Assembly (NCBI RefSeq): GCF_009834535.1
Contig: NC_045697.1
Location: 117,802,001 to 117,866,000, forward strand
Origin: Camelus ferus
Taxonomy: Eukaryota
Direction of reading: 5' to 3'
Length of the DNA: 64,000 bases
This document shows positions 1 to 13,315 of this stretch, piece after piece. The translations under genes and the position numbers were made by a program. Under the pieces are notes generated by a model. It ran no database searches and was not told the DNA's origin. It saw nothing but the letters and a program-made list of their open reading frames with translations. Within the stretch, counting starts at the first letter, position 1; each line of letters starts with the position of its first letter.

Positions 1-559
1 AAAATGGACAATGTAACTGAGAAGTGCACTTTCAGGTCGTAATGACGGTTCACAGTGCATTAGTACCACGGAAGTAGTATTCTTGAAAATGGAAGTGCAC
101 TGAAATTGTGGCTTCTGAAATAGTTTTCTTAAACTCAACCAAGTATATTTTTGGCACATAAAAAGTGAATTGTCTCCTCACATAGGCTACTTTCGAAATG
201 AATTGAGTAAATGTGGTGTTCTAGAAATACTCACCACCTTGCCCATTCATCTAGTTTATCATCCAGCAAATTCAGCTACTTAATGAACTCTAGAATTTTA
301 CTCCCTCCAAGGTCTGTGGTTCTGTTCTGTAAATCACTAAGTCTTGAAATGCATCCACTTTCTAAGTGTTTACAGTGCAAGTTCTACAAGTTTGAAAAGG
401 TGTTAAGCCTCAGCTTTAATGCTGTTTTCTGCTCAAAACCTGTTATGATTTTTCCAGGTGGAAGTAATCCCTTTCTCCCGAGTTTTCATGGTCCTTTTTT
501 CTGTACCTCTTAGGACAGTTACTGTGGTCAATCTTTAATCTTGAATGGTTTGCAAATCT

Positions 560-665
560 TAGCTTTTAAAAAGGAGGATTAATATCTATTTTTAATTTCC
601 TGTAGTTCTCAGCATAATGCCTTAAGTCTATTTTATAGTCAATAAATATTGAATGAATGAATGAA
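560..665 (+). mobile_element. L2 LINE 3' end relic
   Basis: Typical L2 terminus ...cagcataatgcc...tagtcaataaatattgaatgaatgaatgaa. Confidence 0.6.
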
Positions 666-1384
666 ATAATGAGTTGGCTATGATAACTGAGGTACCTTTT
701 ACTGGTCCAGTAAAAGGCTATTGACATGAAATTATTCCTTGCAGTACAAAAGTCTGTCTTTGGAACCTTTCTTCCTTATCTGTAATCCGAGGTGACATCA
801 TCTCGTCTCTTGCCTTCGATGCTGTATGTGTCTAGATGACTTTCTTATGTCCGTCTGTAGTTCCGATGTCTCTCTGATCCAAACTTGTATTATTTACCTG
901 TCTGCAGGTATCACGTAGGCGTCTTAACTTGACTGAAACGAGCCCTTCATTTTCCCCCCACAAATGTGCTCCTCCCCAAGTCTTCCTTCTGGTGGAAATC
1001 CCACTGCCCCCGCCATGGACAGAGTTGCTGATGAAGAAGGACGAAGGGTTCTGATTCATCCTCTCCCCTCTGTGCCCACGTCTCTCTCTTCACGTCCACC
1101 CCTCCCTGCAGCCACGCCCTCATTTTCTGCTTCCTCTCAGGCCTCCCTGTTCATGTGCACCGGAGTCCCCTTCTGGAAATGCACAAGCCTGCGCTTCCCC
1201 CACCCCAGGGTCCCCCAGGCATTTACTCTGGCTTCCAGAGCCCCCGTGGTCTGACTTGTCACTAGTCTCCCGCTCTCCTCCTGACATTCCGTCCAGGGGA
1301 CCTTCCATAAGCACACCAAGCTTGCCCTGATCTAGCAAGGCCTTCTGTCAGGAAATCTTTTGCCCTGGGTCCTTCTTTCTGCTT

Positions 1385-1859
1385 AGATGCCAGCACAGGT
1401 GCCTCCTGGTCCTGCAGGGGCACCCGTCCACGCTGCCTGCCCACCTTACTGCACACCTGCAGCCCCACCCCCCAATCTCACTGCCTGCATGCTGTCTCTT
1501 CCCCAGTGAGCCTCCCTTTACTGCCCAGAATGGATGCTTTCTCCTCCATCAGCTCTCAACCAATGACTGGCAGAATTTGGTGTATCAGTACCCCAGCTCC
1601 CCATCACACAGGATTGGGAAAGTCAGAAACGTGTGTGTTCACAGGGTCCCAGCATTTACCCAGATAATTAGCATCAGGGATGAAGTGGTGTTGCTCACAG
1701 TGGTCGCTGTCCTGATGCGCTGTCCTTACTTCTCTTGGCTACTTGATTCCCTGGTCTCAGTCCCCCTCACTACTGATGTTTCTTCCTCCTCCCAGATAAA
1801 CATTTTGCACCTAAATCCTTGCCCCCCGGTCTGCTTCTTGGGATAGCAGAACTAAGACA
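1385..1859 (+). mobile_element. LTR16-like ERVL solo LTR (old)
   Basis: 3' end cctcccagataaacattttgcacctaaatccttg...gtctgcttcttgggatagcagaactaagaca resembles the LTR16 terminus; 5' boundary approximate. Confidence 0.65.
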
Positions 1860-3567
1860 CCTGTGACCCCCAGGGGATCCACCTGTCTGTGTCACATGGC
1901 AGCATTTTAATTCCCTGCGAAGCGCATGTCATCGCCTGATATTTTTCTCATTACTTCAGATAAAATCTATTAAAAATTGTTTTTCTTCCCGATGGGATTT
2001 TTAAGAGCAGGGTATTTTTCTCAGGTCAGTATACCCAGCAACTGAAGGAAGCCCTGTGTATCACAGGCACTTGGTCAATGATTGACAAAAGAAGAGGTAA
2101 TGAGTTTACGCAGGAAAAAAAAAAAAAAAGCCCAAATTCAAGAATGCAGAGTGCAGGTTCATCTGCTCCTGAATAGACACTTGACTGCAGGCTAATGAAG
2201 TTGGAAACTTTTATATGACCCAGCTCTGCAGAGACAAAAAAATGGCTATTCACTTGGCCCACGATTATTGAGAGCCTCCTCTTTGCATCTGAGGCTAGGA
2301 TGCGTGGCTGGGGCGGCATATTAAGCAGGACCTTGAAATAATAATATTTCAACTGCTCTAATTCTGCATGAGGCGGGGCGACATTTCTTTTTTGGAATAG
2401 GCACCAGCCGTTCCACACTGGACATCTTTTCTTTCATTTTCCCTCCCCGACCACGCAGCTGCGTGTCTTCCTAATGGCCTCTCTAACCCTCCTCCCCGAA
2501 CCCCCCAACTTTTCCATCTTAGCTGCTTTTTTGGTCCTGTATGGTCTCCCGATCATGAACTGCAGAATTACAGGACCTGACCTTTTAAAACATCTCTTTG
2601 TCCCCTGTTCCTGGCATATATTAGTAAACGATGAATAAATATTTGCTGACTGATTAGACGCTGTGTCTGTTGGAATATGGGTTTATGTGTTGCATGATTT
2701 TTCCTCTTTTGAGAATGATATACATTATTTTAAAAGGAGTGACTCACCATCGTTGGTCATTCTCATGACATTGAATGGAATTCGGAAAAAGAATCTCTGC
2801 TTTTATATTTCGTTTCAAAAGACGGCTTGAAAAAATGGCTTTGAGTTTTCTTGGAAACGACTTCTTTGTTTATTTACAAATTAATTGCTTTCTCCACCAT
2901 TTCCCTTTAGTGCTGGTAATTAAATGTATTTAAAAATAATTAGTAACCACATCCAGTCCTGATTTCTTAAATCTATTCATTGAATAAATTGAATAGCATG
3001 GTTATTTTCTTTTTGTTCTTGAGCTGGTTTTCTTAGCTGTTTTTTGGAAGGCTCACAGAGCATCCATAGATTTGAAATATTCTTCATTTGAGTCTAACTG
3101 GTGTATCACTAGGTCTCGCTGTTTTGAATAGTTTCCTATAATTGTAGCAGAACGTGAGATGCAAACATAATGAATTAATAATTTATTTCATTATGAATAC
3201 ATGTTAATTTTTCTCATACATTTTAATTTTATATGAAGAAGAAATTAATTACTCTGTAATTCTTTCGGCCAAAATAACTACTTCAAAAAACAACAGAGTA
3301 AACATATTTTGGGATATTTTAAACAAAGGTTTGACAGTGCCAGAACAGATAACAATGGCTTGGAATTTCATGTCTAATGTACAATATTCTACAATCCTTA
3401 AGTCACTTTAGGGGCTTTTATCTGTAAAAAGCTAGGAAATTCAAAGCTTAATTTGATACTTCATCAGTAACAAACGCCTCTCCTGTGAACTGACTTTGCC
3501 ATGATTAAGAAAAATAAAATGGGTAGGCCTCACTATGGGAGACACTACCAGTTACTCCTCTTATACA

Positions 3568-3714
3568 TTTTTTTTTTATTTGTTTATTTATTTTTTGGTG
3601 GGGGGAGGTAATTAGGCTTATTTATTTATTCTTTGAGGAGGTACTGGAGATAGAACCCAGAACCTCGTGCATGTTAAGCACGTGCTCTGCCGCTGAGCTG
3701 TGTGCCCTTCCCCC
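3568..3714 (-). mobile_element. tRNA-derived camelid SINE (Vic-1-like)
   Basis: Reverse complement gives a tRNA-like head with B-box ggttctatctccagtacctcc, then cctaattacctccccc and an A-rich tail; decayed TSD cttatacattt/cttagacgttt. Confidence 0.85.
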
Positions 3715-4414
3715 ACTTAGACGTTTATTGTGTATGTTATTTGTTACTTTTGTGGGAAATTACTGCATGGGGTTAATATGGTATGTCTGAATTTTTTTAT
3801 TTTTTATAAAAGTACTGTCTGATTAAGTTAACAGAACGAAAACTGCTGATGGTATTATAATAATTTATTACACCTCTGTCTAATATTTTTAGTTCCTTGA
3901 CTCTAAGATGCACTTTATTTTACTCTTTTTTTTTTTTTAACAGGATTTCTATTGCTGCAATTGCAGTAGACCTTTGAGTCAGAATGCATTTAATGTCCTT
4001 TTCTTTTTCCTTCAGAGCTGCTGTTAAATCAATGATGCATCTTAAAGTCAATGACATTTTAGGGACGTTAATTACATATAAAGAGTAACCCTTTCAAAGT
4101 GTGAAGTATACTAAAGTAAATCCTACATATTTGATGTAGAAAAGACCTTAAGGTGTCCAATAGCTGCCTAGTTCACAGTCATTTATTTTACTGATAAGGC
4201 AGCTGAGGTTCAGAGAAATTAAAAACTGATGGAAAGTCAAATAGCTATTACATTCATGAGTCGAGTAAGAGACCAGTAAAGATGCTGGTAATCCAGCGCG
4301 TTGGAAAGGGCTTGGGGGAACTCTCATTTCAGTGCTGGTGGGAGAGAAAGCAGCGATACCATTTCTTACACACCAGCTTCTGCTAATGTGCTGGGACTGC
4401 GGCTGTGGCCTGGT

Positions 4415-4610
4415 GGTGCAGACAAACACGGTAGCCACCAGCCACAGCGGGGTGTGCACGTTTAAATGAATTAAAGCAAAGTAAACCTAAGTGAAAACAG
4501 AAGTTCACCTCCTCACTTGCTGTAGTCACTTTGAAGTCGGCAGCCACGTATGGCTAGTGTATTAGACAGTGAAGATGTCCCTAGCATCCTAGGAAGTGCT
4601 AATGGGATGC
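4415..4610 (-). mobile_element. MER3-like hAT-Charlie DNA transposon relic
   Basis: acggtagccaccagccac...agttcacctcctcac...gccacgtatggctagtgtattagacag resembles the MER3 reverse strand. Confidence 0.65.
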
Positions 4611-4679
4611 TTCATTGGTACCCTTAGGCAGTCACCTTTAAAGCTGAAGAGCCACCTAAGACATGTTCTTATTACGACT

Positions 4680-5103
4680 TAATGCCATTTACAGCAACGT
4701 GGATGGACCTAGAGATGATCATACTAAGTGAGGTAAACCAGAGAAAGACAAATGTTACATGATGTCGCTTATATGTGGAATCTGAAAAAAAAAAGGTGCA
4801 AATTTTATTTACAAACCAGAAATAGACTCTTGGTCTAGAAAACAAACTGTGGTTACCAAGGGGGAAAGGTCGGGAGGGATAAATTAGGAGTTTGGGATTA
4901 ACAGATACAAATTACTGCATATAAAATAGATAAACAACAAAGACCTATTGTAGAGCACAGGGAGTTATATTCAACATCTTATAATAACTTCAAATGGAAA
5001 AGAAGCTGAAAAAATATATATATGTGTATATATATATATGACAATCGCCATGTTTTACACTAGAAACTAACATTGTAAGTCGACTGCATGTCAATGAAAA
5101 ATA
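4680..5103 (+). mobile_element. L1 3' fragment (ORF2 end + artiodactyl-type 3'UTR)
   Basis: atgccatttacagcaacgtggatggacctagag...gggataaattaggagtttgggattaacagatac...; same 3'UTR architecture as the other L1 copies in the window. Confidence 0.88.
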
Positions 5104-5404
5104 AGTGATGTACTGATCATCTGCATCCTCTTGTATCCTAACCCTCCCCCCGCCTGTTGAGCTTTCCCCCAGTGTGGTACCTGCACTTGTCTTCTACGTT
5201 TCATCTTCTGTGTCACTGTTGTCGCCACCTGCCTACCTGCTGGTCCCTTTGAAGTTGTCCCCCGGTGGCATTATTCCTTTCAAAGCTCTTCTCAGTCTGG
5301 AATGTCTTTAACTCAGAAATATTTTGTGATCATCTGTGACGTGCCAGGCCTTGTTCCTGGCCCTGGGAACGGAGAGCTGAGGCTCAGAGTCCCTGATAGA
5401 GCTG

Positions 5405-6290
5405 ATACATGGCCAACAGGCACATGAAAAAATGCTCTGTGTTGCTAATTTTCAGAGAAATGCTAATCAAAACTACCACGAGGTATCACCTCACATTGGT
5501 CAGAATGGCCATCATTCAAAAGTCTACAAACGATGAACGCTGGGGAGGCTGTGGAGAAAATGGAACCCTCCTACACTGTTGGTGGGAATGTAGTTTAGTG
5601 CCGCCATTATGGAAAACAGGAGGGAGATTCCTCAAAAAACTAGAGTTACCATATGATCCAGCAATCCCACTCCTGGGCATATATCTGGAGGGAACTCTAA
5701 TTTAAAAAGACACAGGCACCCCAGTGTCCACAGCAGCACTATTTACAATAGCCAAGACATGGAAACTACCTAAATGTCCATTGACAGATGACTGGATAAA
5801 CAATATGTGGTATATTTATACAATGGAATACTACTCAGCCATAAAGAAGAATAAAATAATGCCATTTGCAGCAAGATGGTTGGACCTGGAGATCGTCATT
5901 CTAAATGAAGTAAGTCAGACAGAGAAAGAAAAATACCATATGGTATTGCTCACATGTGGAATTTAAAAAAAACAAAAAAGACACAAATGGATTTATTTAC
6001 AAAACAAAAACAGACTCACAGACATAGAAAACAAATTTAGGGTTACCAGAGGGGAACGTGGGGGAAGGATAAATTAGGAGTTTGGGATTAGCAGATACAC
6101 ACCACTATATATAAAATAGATAAATAAGGTCCTCCTGTACAGCACAGGGAACTATATTCAATATCTTGTAATAACCTGTAATGAAAAGAATATGAAAAGG
6201 AATGTGTGTATGTATATGCATGACTGGGACATTGTACTGTACACCAGAAATTGACACATTGTAACTGACTATACTTCAATTAAAAAAATG
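5405..6290 (+). mobile_element. L1 5'-truncated copy (ORF2 C-terminus + 3'UTR), relatively young
   Basis: ORFs 5409-5705 and 5724-5966 are one frame encoding the L1 ORF2 C-terminus (TLLHCWWEC..., YYSAIKKN...), split by a single TAA where the 23364 copy has CAA; 3'UTR and A-tail follow. Confidence 0.95.
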
Positions 6291-7096
6291 CAAAACTACC
6301 AAATATAAAAATAAAAAATACCCCCTGCCCCCCCCAAAAAAACACACACAAGGTGAAAAAAGAAACCTTCAGAGCTTGGCGGCCCCAGTGGGTGAAGTGG
6401 AGGCAGAGGCAGGGAGCAGAGACCCTCCTGGGCTCAGCTCCCTCTGCACCCACCAGCCCCCGCCCACTGATGACGGCAGGCTCACTGCCACTCCAGCTGG
6501 AGGTCAGGGTGTGAGGTCTTACTCTCCAGCACCTATTGCTCTGAATGCCTGGGTGCAGCTTGACTCTTGGTCCCCAGTGCTTCCCTCCAGCATCCTGCCT
6601 TCGGTGGATCTGCTCACACCGGGGCCAGCTCCCTCTGAGACCTGCATGGAGACTGGGAAGGAAGGCAGTCTGCCCAGCATGGGAAGAAAACGACTCCAAC
6701 TGCTTAGATACTTGGAAACCTCTTGGCTGCTCCTTTCACAGAGGCTGTCTTACTGGTGGTCTTGCTCCTTCCCCGGATCCCAGTCGTATTCTTACTGCTT
6801 GAGGGGCCCCCTCTCTACTGCGACTCATCTTCTGTCTCCAGTACTGTCTCCTGAAAGTTACAAACTCGTGATTCTGGTTTTGCAGAGAAATTTAACTTTC
6901 ACTGTGCCACCTCTAGGCTGCAACTTACAATGGGAGGCATTATACTCCCCTGAAGAGAAGTGCCGTCTACCAGGCCATGCACTTGTAGAACCAGAAAAAA
7001 AGGAGAAAAGGGTTTGCAGTTACAGTTTTCACTTAAGTTGGGCCAGAGAAAATTCTTAGGCAGACCTGTTCCCGACCCAGAGGACAAACTGCAGAG

Positions 7097-7117
7097 GTGT
7101 GTGTGTGTGTGTGTGTG
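7097..7117. repeat. (TG)n microsatellite
   Basis: About 10 TG units seen directly. Confidence 0.9.
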
Positions 7118-7289
7118 AATTTCCCTTCCTTTGAGGATTTTCCAAAGCAGAATTTATATTTTCTCAAAATACACACACTCTCTCAGATCATTGGATTTTT
7201 CTTTTAACTGGAGCAGTCTGCTGGTTTAAGCTAATTTAAAAATTATCTTGAAAACAGAGACATTTTTCGTGAGGTCGTGCCGGACTTTG

Positions 7290-7450
7290 GAGACAGTGTA
7301 GAACTGGGAGGCAGACTCCTCTGCATTCAAACCTTTGTCTGCCAGTTTTCGTTGTTTGATCTGTGGTCTCAGTGGTTTCCTTCTGTGGGAGTGATGGCAA
7401 TGTCCACCTCATGGGATTTTTTAATGCACTAAATGAGACGGTGTCTAGGC
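7290..7450. mobile_element. MIR SINE relic
   Basis: ...tctcagtggtttccttctgtgggagtgatgg...cctcatgggatttttt...taaatgag resembles the MIR core. Confidence 0.5.
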
Positions 7451-7541
7451 CATACCCTGCTTCCTGTGTAATGTACCTCTTGGATGTATTAAAAGATCAA
7501 AACTGAGAAGTTGACCATAGGCTTATATATTTTATACATAT

Positions 7542-7661
7542 ATTTTTTTTTATTGAAGTCTAGTCAGTTTGCAAGTGTTGTGTCAATTTCTGGTGTACAG
7601 CATTGTGTTTCAGTCAGACATGAACATACACGTATTCATTTTCATATTCTTTTTCACCATA
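7542..7661 (-). mobile_element. L1 extreme 3'UTR fragment
   Basis: poly(T)-attgaagtctagtcagtttgcaagtgttgtgtcaatttctggtgtacagc, the same L1 tail as other copies. Confidence 0.85.
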
Positions 7662-8126
7662 ATAAGAAGAGTTCTGTGTTTAGAGAGTTAAGATATTTTG
7701 AAATTCCAGTGGAGTTTCATACAGGTGATCCTATCCAAACGAATACTGTCCTGGTATATCCCAGTGACTCAGGAAGTCACAGCTGACGGAGCCCTGCTCA
7801 GGCAGGTGATGTCTCTGTGCTGGTTGTCCCTGGGGGGCTGATGACGCATCCTGGGCAGCCCCCTCTCTGGCCCTCTGGTCCTCTCCTCATCCTCTGTGCT
7901 CCCCCCGGGGACAAAGCCCACTTACGCAGCTGCGTGAGAGTGATTATAGTCTGATAAGTGGAACCTGGGGAGAGAGGAAGACGCAGAGGAACAGACTAGG
8001 GTGCTCTCGAGGAAATGGGGCTGGGCTGTCCTTTGGACTGTCTGGTTTCCTCCTCTGGAGTAACTCCCTCTTTCGGTCTGGAGTTTCAGAAAACTTTTAA
8101 GTAAGGTCTTTGGTCTGCTCCATTTT

Positions 8127-8300
8127 CTTTTTATTGAAGTCTAGTCAGTTTACAATGTTGTGTCAATTTCTGGTGTACAGCATCATGTTTCAGTCATACA
8201 TGTGCATACATGTATTCATTTTCATACTCTTTTTCATTATAGGTGACTACAAGATACTGAACATAGTTCCCTGTGCTGTACAGTATAAGCTTGTGGTTTA
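8127..8300 (-). mobile_element. L1 3'UTR fragment with TSD
   Basis: L1 tail flanked by tctgctccatttt (8114-8126) and tctgttccatttt (8301-8313). Confidence 0.88.
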
Positions 8301-10086
8301 TCTGTTCCATTTTCCATACCAACAAATTCTCTACTCAGATTGAGATGATTAAATTTGGGGTCACTTAGGAAAGCTAGGGATTACCTGTATGTAGAAACTA
8401 GGACATGTGTATCTCTGTAATGAACTGTTAGCTTCCCTTTCTAATTTATAGTGAGATCAGTGAGAAAATGTGATCGGTAAGGCCAGCCTGCTTTGAAGGA
8501 TAACGCTTTGCTTTGCTTTTTTCAGACACCCTGATACAAACACTTTTTGAACTGTACACTTTATACTCTTCATTCACAAGCTGATGTGTGTCAGACTGAA
8601 TGCGTATTTGGAAACAAGTGAGTGTCTTTATAGTCCTGAAAAGAGGGTACTTGGTAAATAGCACTGGAAGTATGCTGGTCTTTAGAAAGTCACGTGGTAC
8701 GATTGCTTTGCTTTTTGTCAGTGTCTTTTTTACCCTAAACCTTAACACAATACTAGAAACCATTGTAAAGTATACATTCAAAGAAAGGTCTTTTTAAGAA
8801 ACTTGATAATACCTTTTTTGATAACTTCATGCATTTTACCTTTCAAGGATATTCAGTAAAACGAATTAGCGTAGCAATACTCAGCCCTGTCTAGGGGACG
8901 GGTCCTACAGACACAGCCTTTTAAATTCCTGTTTTCGCCTTTATTTTTCCTAAATGGAATATAGACTCTTTTTAACTCCATATATGTAGCAGTATTAAAA
9001 TAATTATGATTTCTTACAGTAAATTTCCCCAGAATAGTTATTCCTAAGGAGAAACATAGTTTAACCAAATTTGAAAAGTGCCAGTAAGGCAAAAAATCAT
9101 GAAATGTATTCAATTATGAGTTAAAGATGATGTGGTGGAAGTGATTTATTTAGCAATGTCAAGTTTGTGAAGATGAAAACCAAATGCATTTAAGCACATA
9201 TTTAAAATTTAAAGAGGATTTTTTTTCTCATGAATAGAATTTAATTAGATTTGAAACAAACTTCTTCTGAATGTGGGAAGAGACAAGTGATGTTAAGTGT
9301 GGATCTACTTGAGAAACTGATGAAAACAAAAAAGCATTTTTTTTACAGTTCTTGTAGAATTATTTTCTCCTATTCTGAAAGCTTGAAAGCTGAAGACTCC
9401 ACATATCAGCAAAATATTCCACCGAATGTAACTCATGCAAAGTAGGTGAGTTAAAGTTGGATGAACTAAATTTGTTGAAGATTTTGCAAAACAAACATTT
9501 TAATGATCTTATTTTCCAACTCTGCTCAGGAGATCCTATATTTATATATTTATTTTTTGCTATTTAAGTGAAAGACCAGACTCAAGGCTTAAATGGAAAT
9601 TTTTACCTTCATGAAGTTTCAGCATAGTTCATCATGTACAGGTGCGACGGCACGAACGTGATTGAAATGCTGTTCGCTGGGACCCTTGCCGTTTGCTGGT
9701 GTTTTACCCTTGGCTGGGAGAGAGAATTGGACCAGTTTCTTTCGTGCCTGTATACACCTGTCACTTAACTGATTAAGTGTCTTGTTTTACGAAAGACAAT
9801 GCTCTGAGAGCTTGGCGATCCGATATTTTAGGAAATGACAAGAGTAAATGGTAATTTTTAAAAGAGAACTCCATACTCAATCCTAATTAATTAAAATGCA
9901 TCGAGGCGTACAATGGTGAATGTGTAGGAACCACTGAACTAGTTGTGTGGTTGTGAGTTATATCTCAGTAAAGCTGTTACAGAAAGTAAATTATTGACCC
10001 ACGGGATGCAGGTGGGCTGCCTCCTAGCCGAAGGATGGGGGTGAGTCGGGAACTGGGAAGCATCTGGATATATAAACATGTGGCAG

Positions 10087-10675
10087 TGTTACCGAACTGG
10101 TCAGGTCCTAGCCTGGCCCGAGACCCCCATCCTGGTCAGGGAGGTTCGTTTTCTGATCGGATTTGCGCCGCCAGTAACAAAGCCGATGCAACAGCACGGG
10201 CTTTATTCTGTGGCCAAAGAACGGAGCACTGGGAACCTGGTTCGCAGATCAGCTTCTGAACCCAATTCTGGCGGAGACAGCCAATAGATAGAGGGTGGAG
10301 GTAAGTGGGAGGGGACTGGAACGAGTGGGAAGGACATTCACGAGTTATCTGAGAACCGGGTTGTGGTTTGGACCCTGGACTGACAGCAGCTCTCCTTTTC
10401 CAACCTTGTACAGGCTTTTCCGTTGTTGTCATGGCAACTGGCAACTGTCATGATGTGATGGGTGTGTCATTTAGCAGTTAGTGCATTACAGTGAGCGCAT
10501 AATGAGGCTCAGGGTGCCCTGGACGTCAAATCCACCACCATCTTGGGCCTGGTTGGTTCTAACCGGGTTTGTTTTTTTCTCGTTGCAGCTTCCTCCTGAA
10601 ACTTAGATCAGAGCAACTGGTTTCCGTTGGAGGGAAGGGCGGGGCACGATCCTGGGAGCAACAGCCTCCGTAGCA
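10087..10675 (-). mobile_element. ERV1-class solo LTR (~590 bp)
   Basis: Starts tgttacc and ends ...tagca; flanks gcag/gtag (4-bp TSD, 1 mismatch); minus-strand AATAAA near 10202; internal actgtcatg...cattacagtgagcgcataatgag...ccatcttgg block resembles ERV1 LTR families. Confidence 0.7.
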
Positions 10676-12194
10676 GTAGTTGACGCCCAGGATGTGTAAG
10701 AAGTCTTTCAGGAGCTCTCCTCTTTGAATGGAAAGGAGACACATGACACTTGCTTTTTAAAGGCAGGCTTTTTAAACCTAGACTTTATATCTGGGTTTTT
10801 CTGCTCTGGGATCATGGGAGTCAAATTCCCAACTGGAATCCTGTGTCCAAAATGTGAGGATGGATGTGGATTGTGTCTCAAAAGACTGTAATCATCAAAA
10901 TGAAGGGAAAATAGCTCTTAAAGTTTTTTTTTAACCCCTCCAGCTTTTTTAGCAGCATTCCTTTAATTTTATAGTCTATAATTTAAAAAATATATATGTA
11001 GACTATCTGGCATCCTACTGACTACCTCCAATGTAGAGAAAAATGTAAATATTTATATGATATGGACCATATACCACATGCTTTGTGAAGTTGCCCCTCC
11101 CCTTAATATTACTATTGAATCAATTTTATACATTTTTGTTGCCACTGTAAAATCTCAGTGAAGTGGACAAATGAAGCTAACTTAATTCATGGTAGCCTTT
11201 TCGAATGCTGATGATTATCCGAATTTAGGGAGCCTTTTTGGCTTTGCCTTCCATGCCGTTTCCTCACCTACCAGAAAGACAGAAGGAAAGGAAAGAGGGG
11301 AGGAGGCAGGAGGGGGCTGCCCAGGGACGGAGGGAAGATGAGAGGGTGTTTTCTAAGGACGTTTGTCTTGAGTGCAGTAACCACTCCCAATCATGAGAGG
11401 CTTGGATTAACAAATCTGTGAGCTTTGGGCATCTCCTTTGTACAAGGACTGAGTTCCTAAGTGGAGCACATTCAGTGTCAGAAAACACAGGACGCCCGGC
11501 CTTGAGGAGTGTACCAGCTCGTTCCTCAGGTGGTGGTGGCCTTAGCCCAGTGGGACACACGCAGAGTCACCTATTTGTAATGTTGGTGACTTTCTTAGGG
11601 TTTCCTTCATTTAATCTCCAGATTTCACTCCAGTTTGCTAAAAGTTAGGTGCCCTGTTCCTGTCCTGGATTCCCTTTTTCTGACCTCCAGAGAAAATCAA
11701 TTTCCAAGGTTTAAACTAAATTCACTCTCTTGTCTCCTTCTCTGTTTTTGTCTACATGCTAACAAAATTCTCCTTAATCCCTCAAATCCAGACACTAGCC
11801 CCTCTTTTTTCATATTGAAACCTTGATCCAAAACCATTTAATATCTGCCCAAGAATATAGATATTTGTTGTGTAGCTGTAACAAATTCTCCAGTCTCGTA
11901 CTATTGTATGTAAGTCAAAAATCTGTCTACCCACAGGGAATATAGCTTCCCCCTCCCAGTAATTAGGTTATCTCCTGTATCTCCCCACCCGCTCTGTGCA
12001 GCTGTCTGTCTGGGGTAATTATACATGTGTTGTGCCTAAGGGTTTAATCCTGGCATCAGACAGAATTGGATTCATTTCACATCTCTGCCACTTCCTCGCT
12101 GTTCTGGGCTGAAGGTTTGTGTCCCCACCAGTGTCATCCACTGAAGTCCTGGCCTCAGGCGAAATGGGGTTATTAGGGGGTGGGGAATGCAGCG

Positions 12195-12860
12195 GGAATG
12201 TAAAATGCAGCCACTCTGGGAAATAGTTTGGCATTTTCTTACAAAACTCAACCCGTACTTACCATCTGATCCAGAGCTGTGCTCTTGGGCACTTATTCCA
12301 GATAAATGAAAGCTATGTTCTCACACATAATCTGTATATGAAGTTTCACTGGGAACAAGCTAAGTGTCTTTCAACCAGTGGATGGTCAAAAAAAAAAAAA
12401 AAATCTGGTGCGTCTGTGCAGTGAAATATTTCTCAGCAATAAAAAAGAGCAGATTATGGATAAAGTGCAGCCACTGGGTGGATGGTAACATGACAGCTAA
12501 TGAAAAAAAAAACAAACAGTTTTAGGAAGGTGTGTGATGTATGGCTCCATTTATATAGAATTTTCGATGTAAACTAGAGAGTTAGAAACCAGACAGGACA
12601 GGGTGGAGGATTCCTGCGACTGGTGTGGTGGTTGGAACTCTCACGCTCACACACTGGTGAGCGTGCTCGGGAGACCCAGGCAGGGCCGCGGCCTGGTTAT
12701 CAGCCTGTCCCCCTGCTCGCTGCCTGGTTTGGCTGTTGTACTAGAATTACTGAGGATGCCACCGCTGAGAGGAGCCGAGTCAGTGAGGGTCAAAGGGCCA
12801 CCGCTTCTGCAACTTTTTGAGTCTGTAGTCTTTCCAAAATATTTAGAATTAAAAAAGTTA
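12195..12860 (+). mobile_element. Old L1M (L1MC/L1MB-type) 3' region
   Basis: gggaatgtaaaatgcagccactctgggaaatagtttggc...cagcaataaaaaagagc...ctgcaactttttgagtctg; degraded L1 ORF2 end and 3'UTR. Confidence 0.75.
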
Positions 12861-12871
12861 TGAAGTATAAC

Positions 12872-13315
12872 AGTGTCAGTTGCCCAGGGTCATGGTAACA
12901 AATGACCACATACCACAAGTCTTAAAATAACGGAGGTTCCTCCTCTGACAGTTCACAAGGGCAGAAGTCTGAAATGAAGATGTCGGCAGCGTTGGTCCCT
13001 CCTGGTGGCTCTGGGGAAGGTCCCTTTCCCAGTCCTCTGGTGTTCCTGGTCCTGTGGATTCACTCCTCCAGTCTCTCCTGTGTTCACGTGGCTTTCCCCT
13101 GTGTCTCCCCACGTCACGTCTCCATCAGCTTTCTCTTATAAGGACCAGTCATTGGGTTTAGGGCCCACCTTAAGTCCAAGATGGTCTTATCCCCAAACCC
13201 TCAACTGAAGAATGCAAGTTCTTTCTGCAAGAAGTTATTTCCATGGAAAGTCCCATTCACGAGTACAGAGATTTAAGACCTACACTGTCTTTTTTGGGGA
13301 AAAAAACCACCAGAA
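12872..13315 (-). mobile_element. MLT1 (ERVL-MaLR) solo LTR
   Basis: gtaacaaatgaccac...cagaagtctgaaatgaagatgtcggcag...tctcttataaggaccagtcattgggtttagggcccacc, typical of the MLT1C/D reverse strand. Confidence 0.8.

Noticed and set aside
6376..7059. 227-aa ORF, the longest in the track
   Set aside because: It starts at TTG, has no recognisable domain and lies in GC-richer, probably old LTR-derived sequence; most likely a chance ORF.
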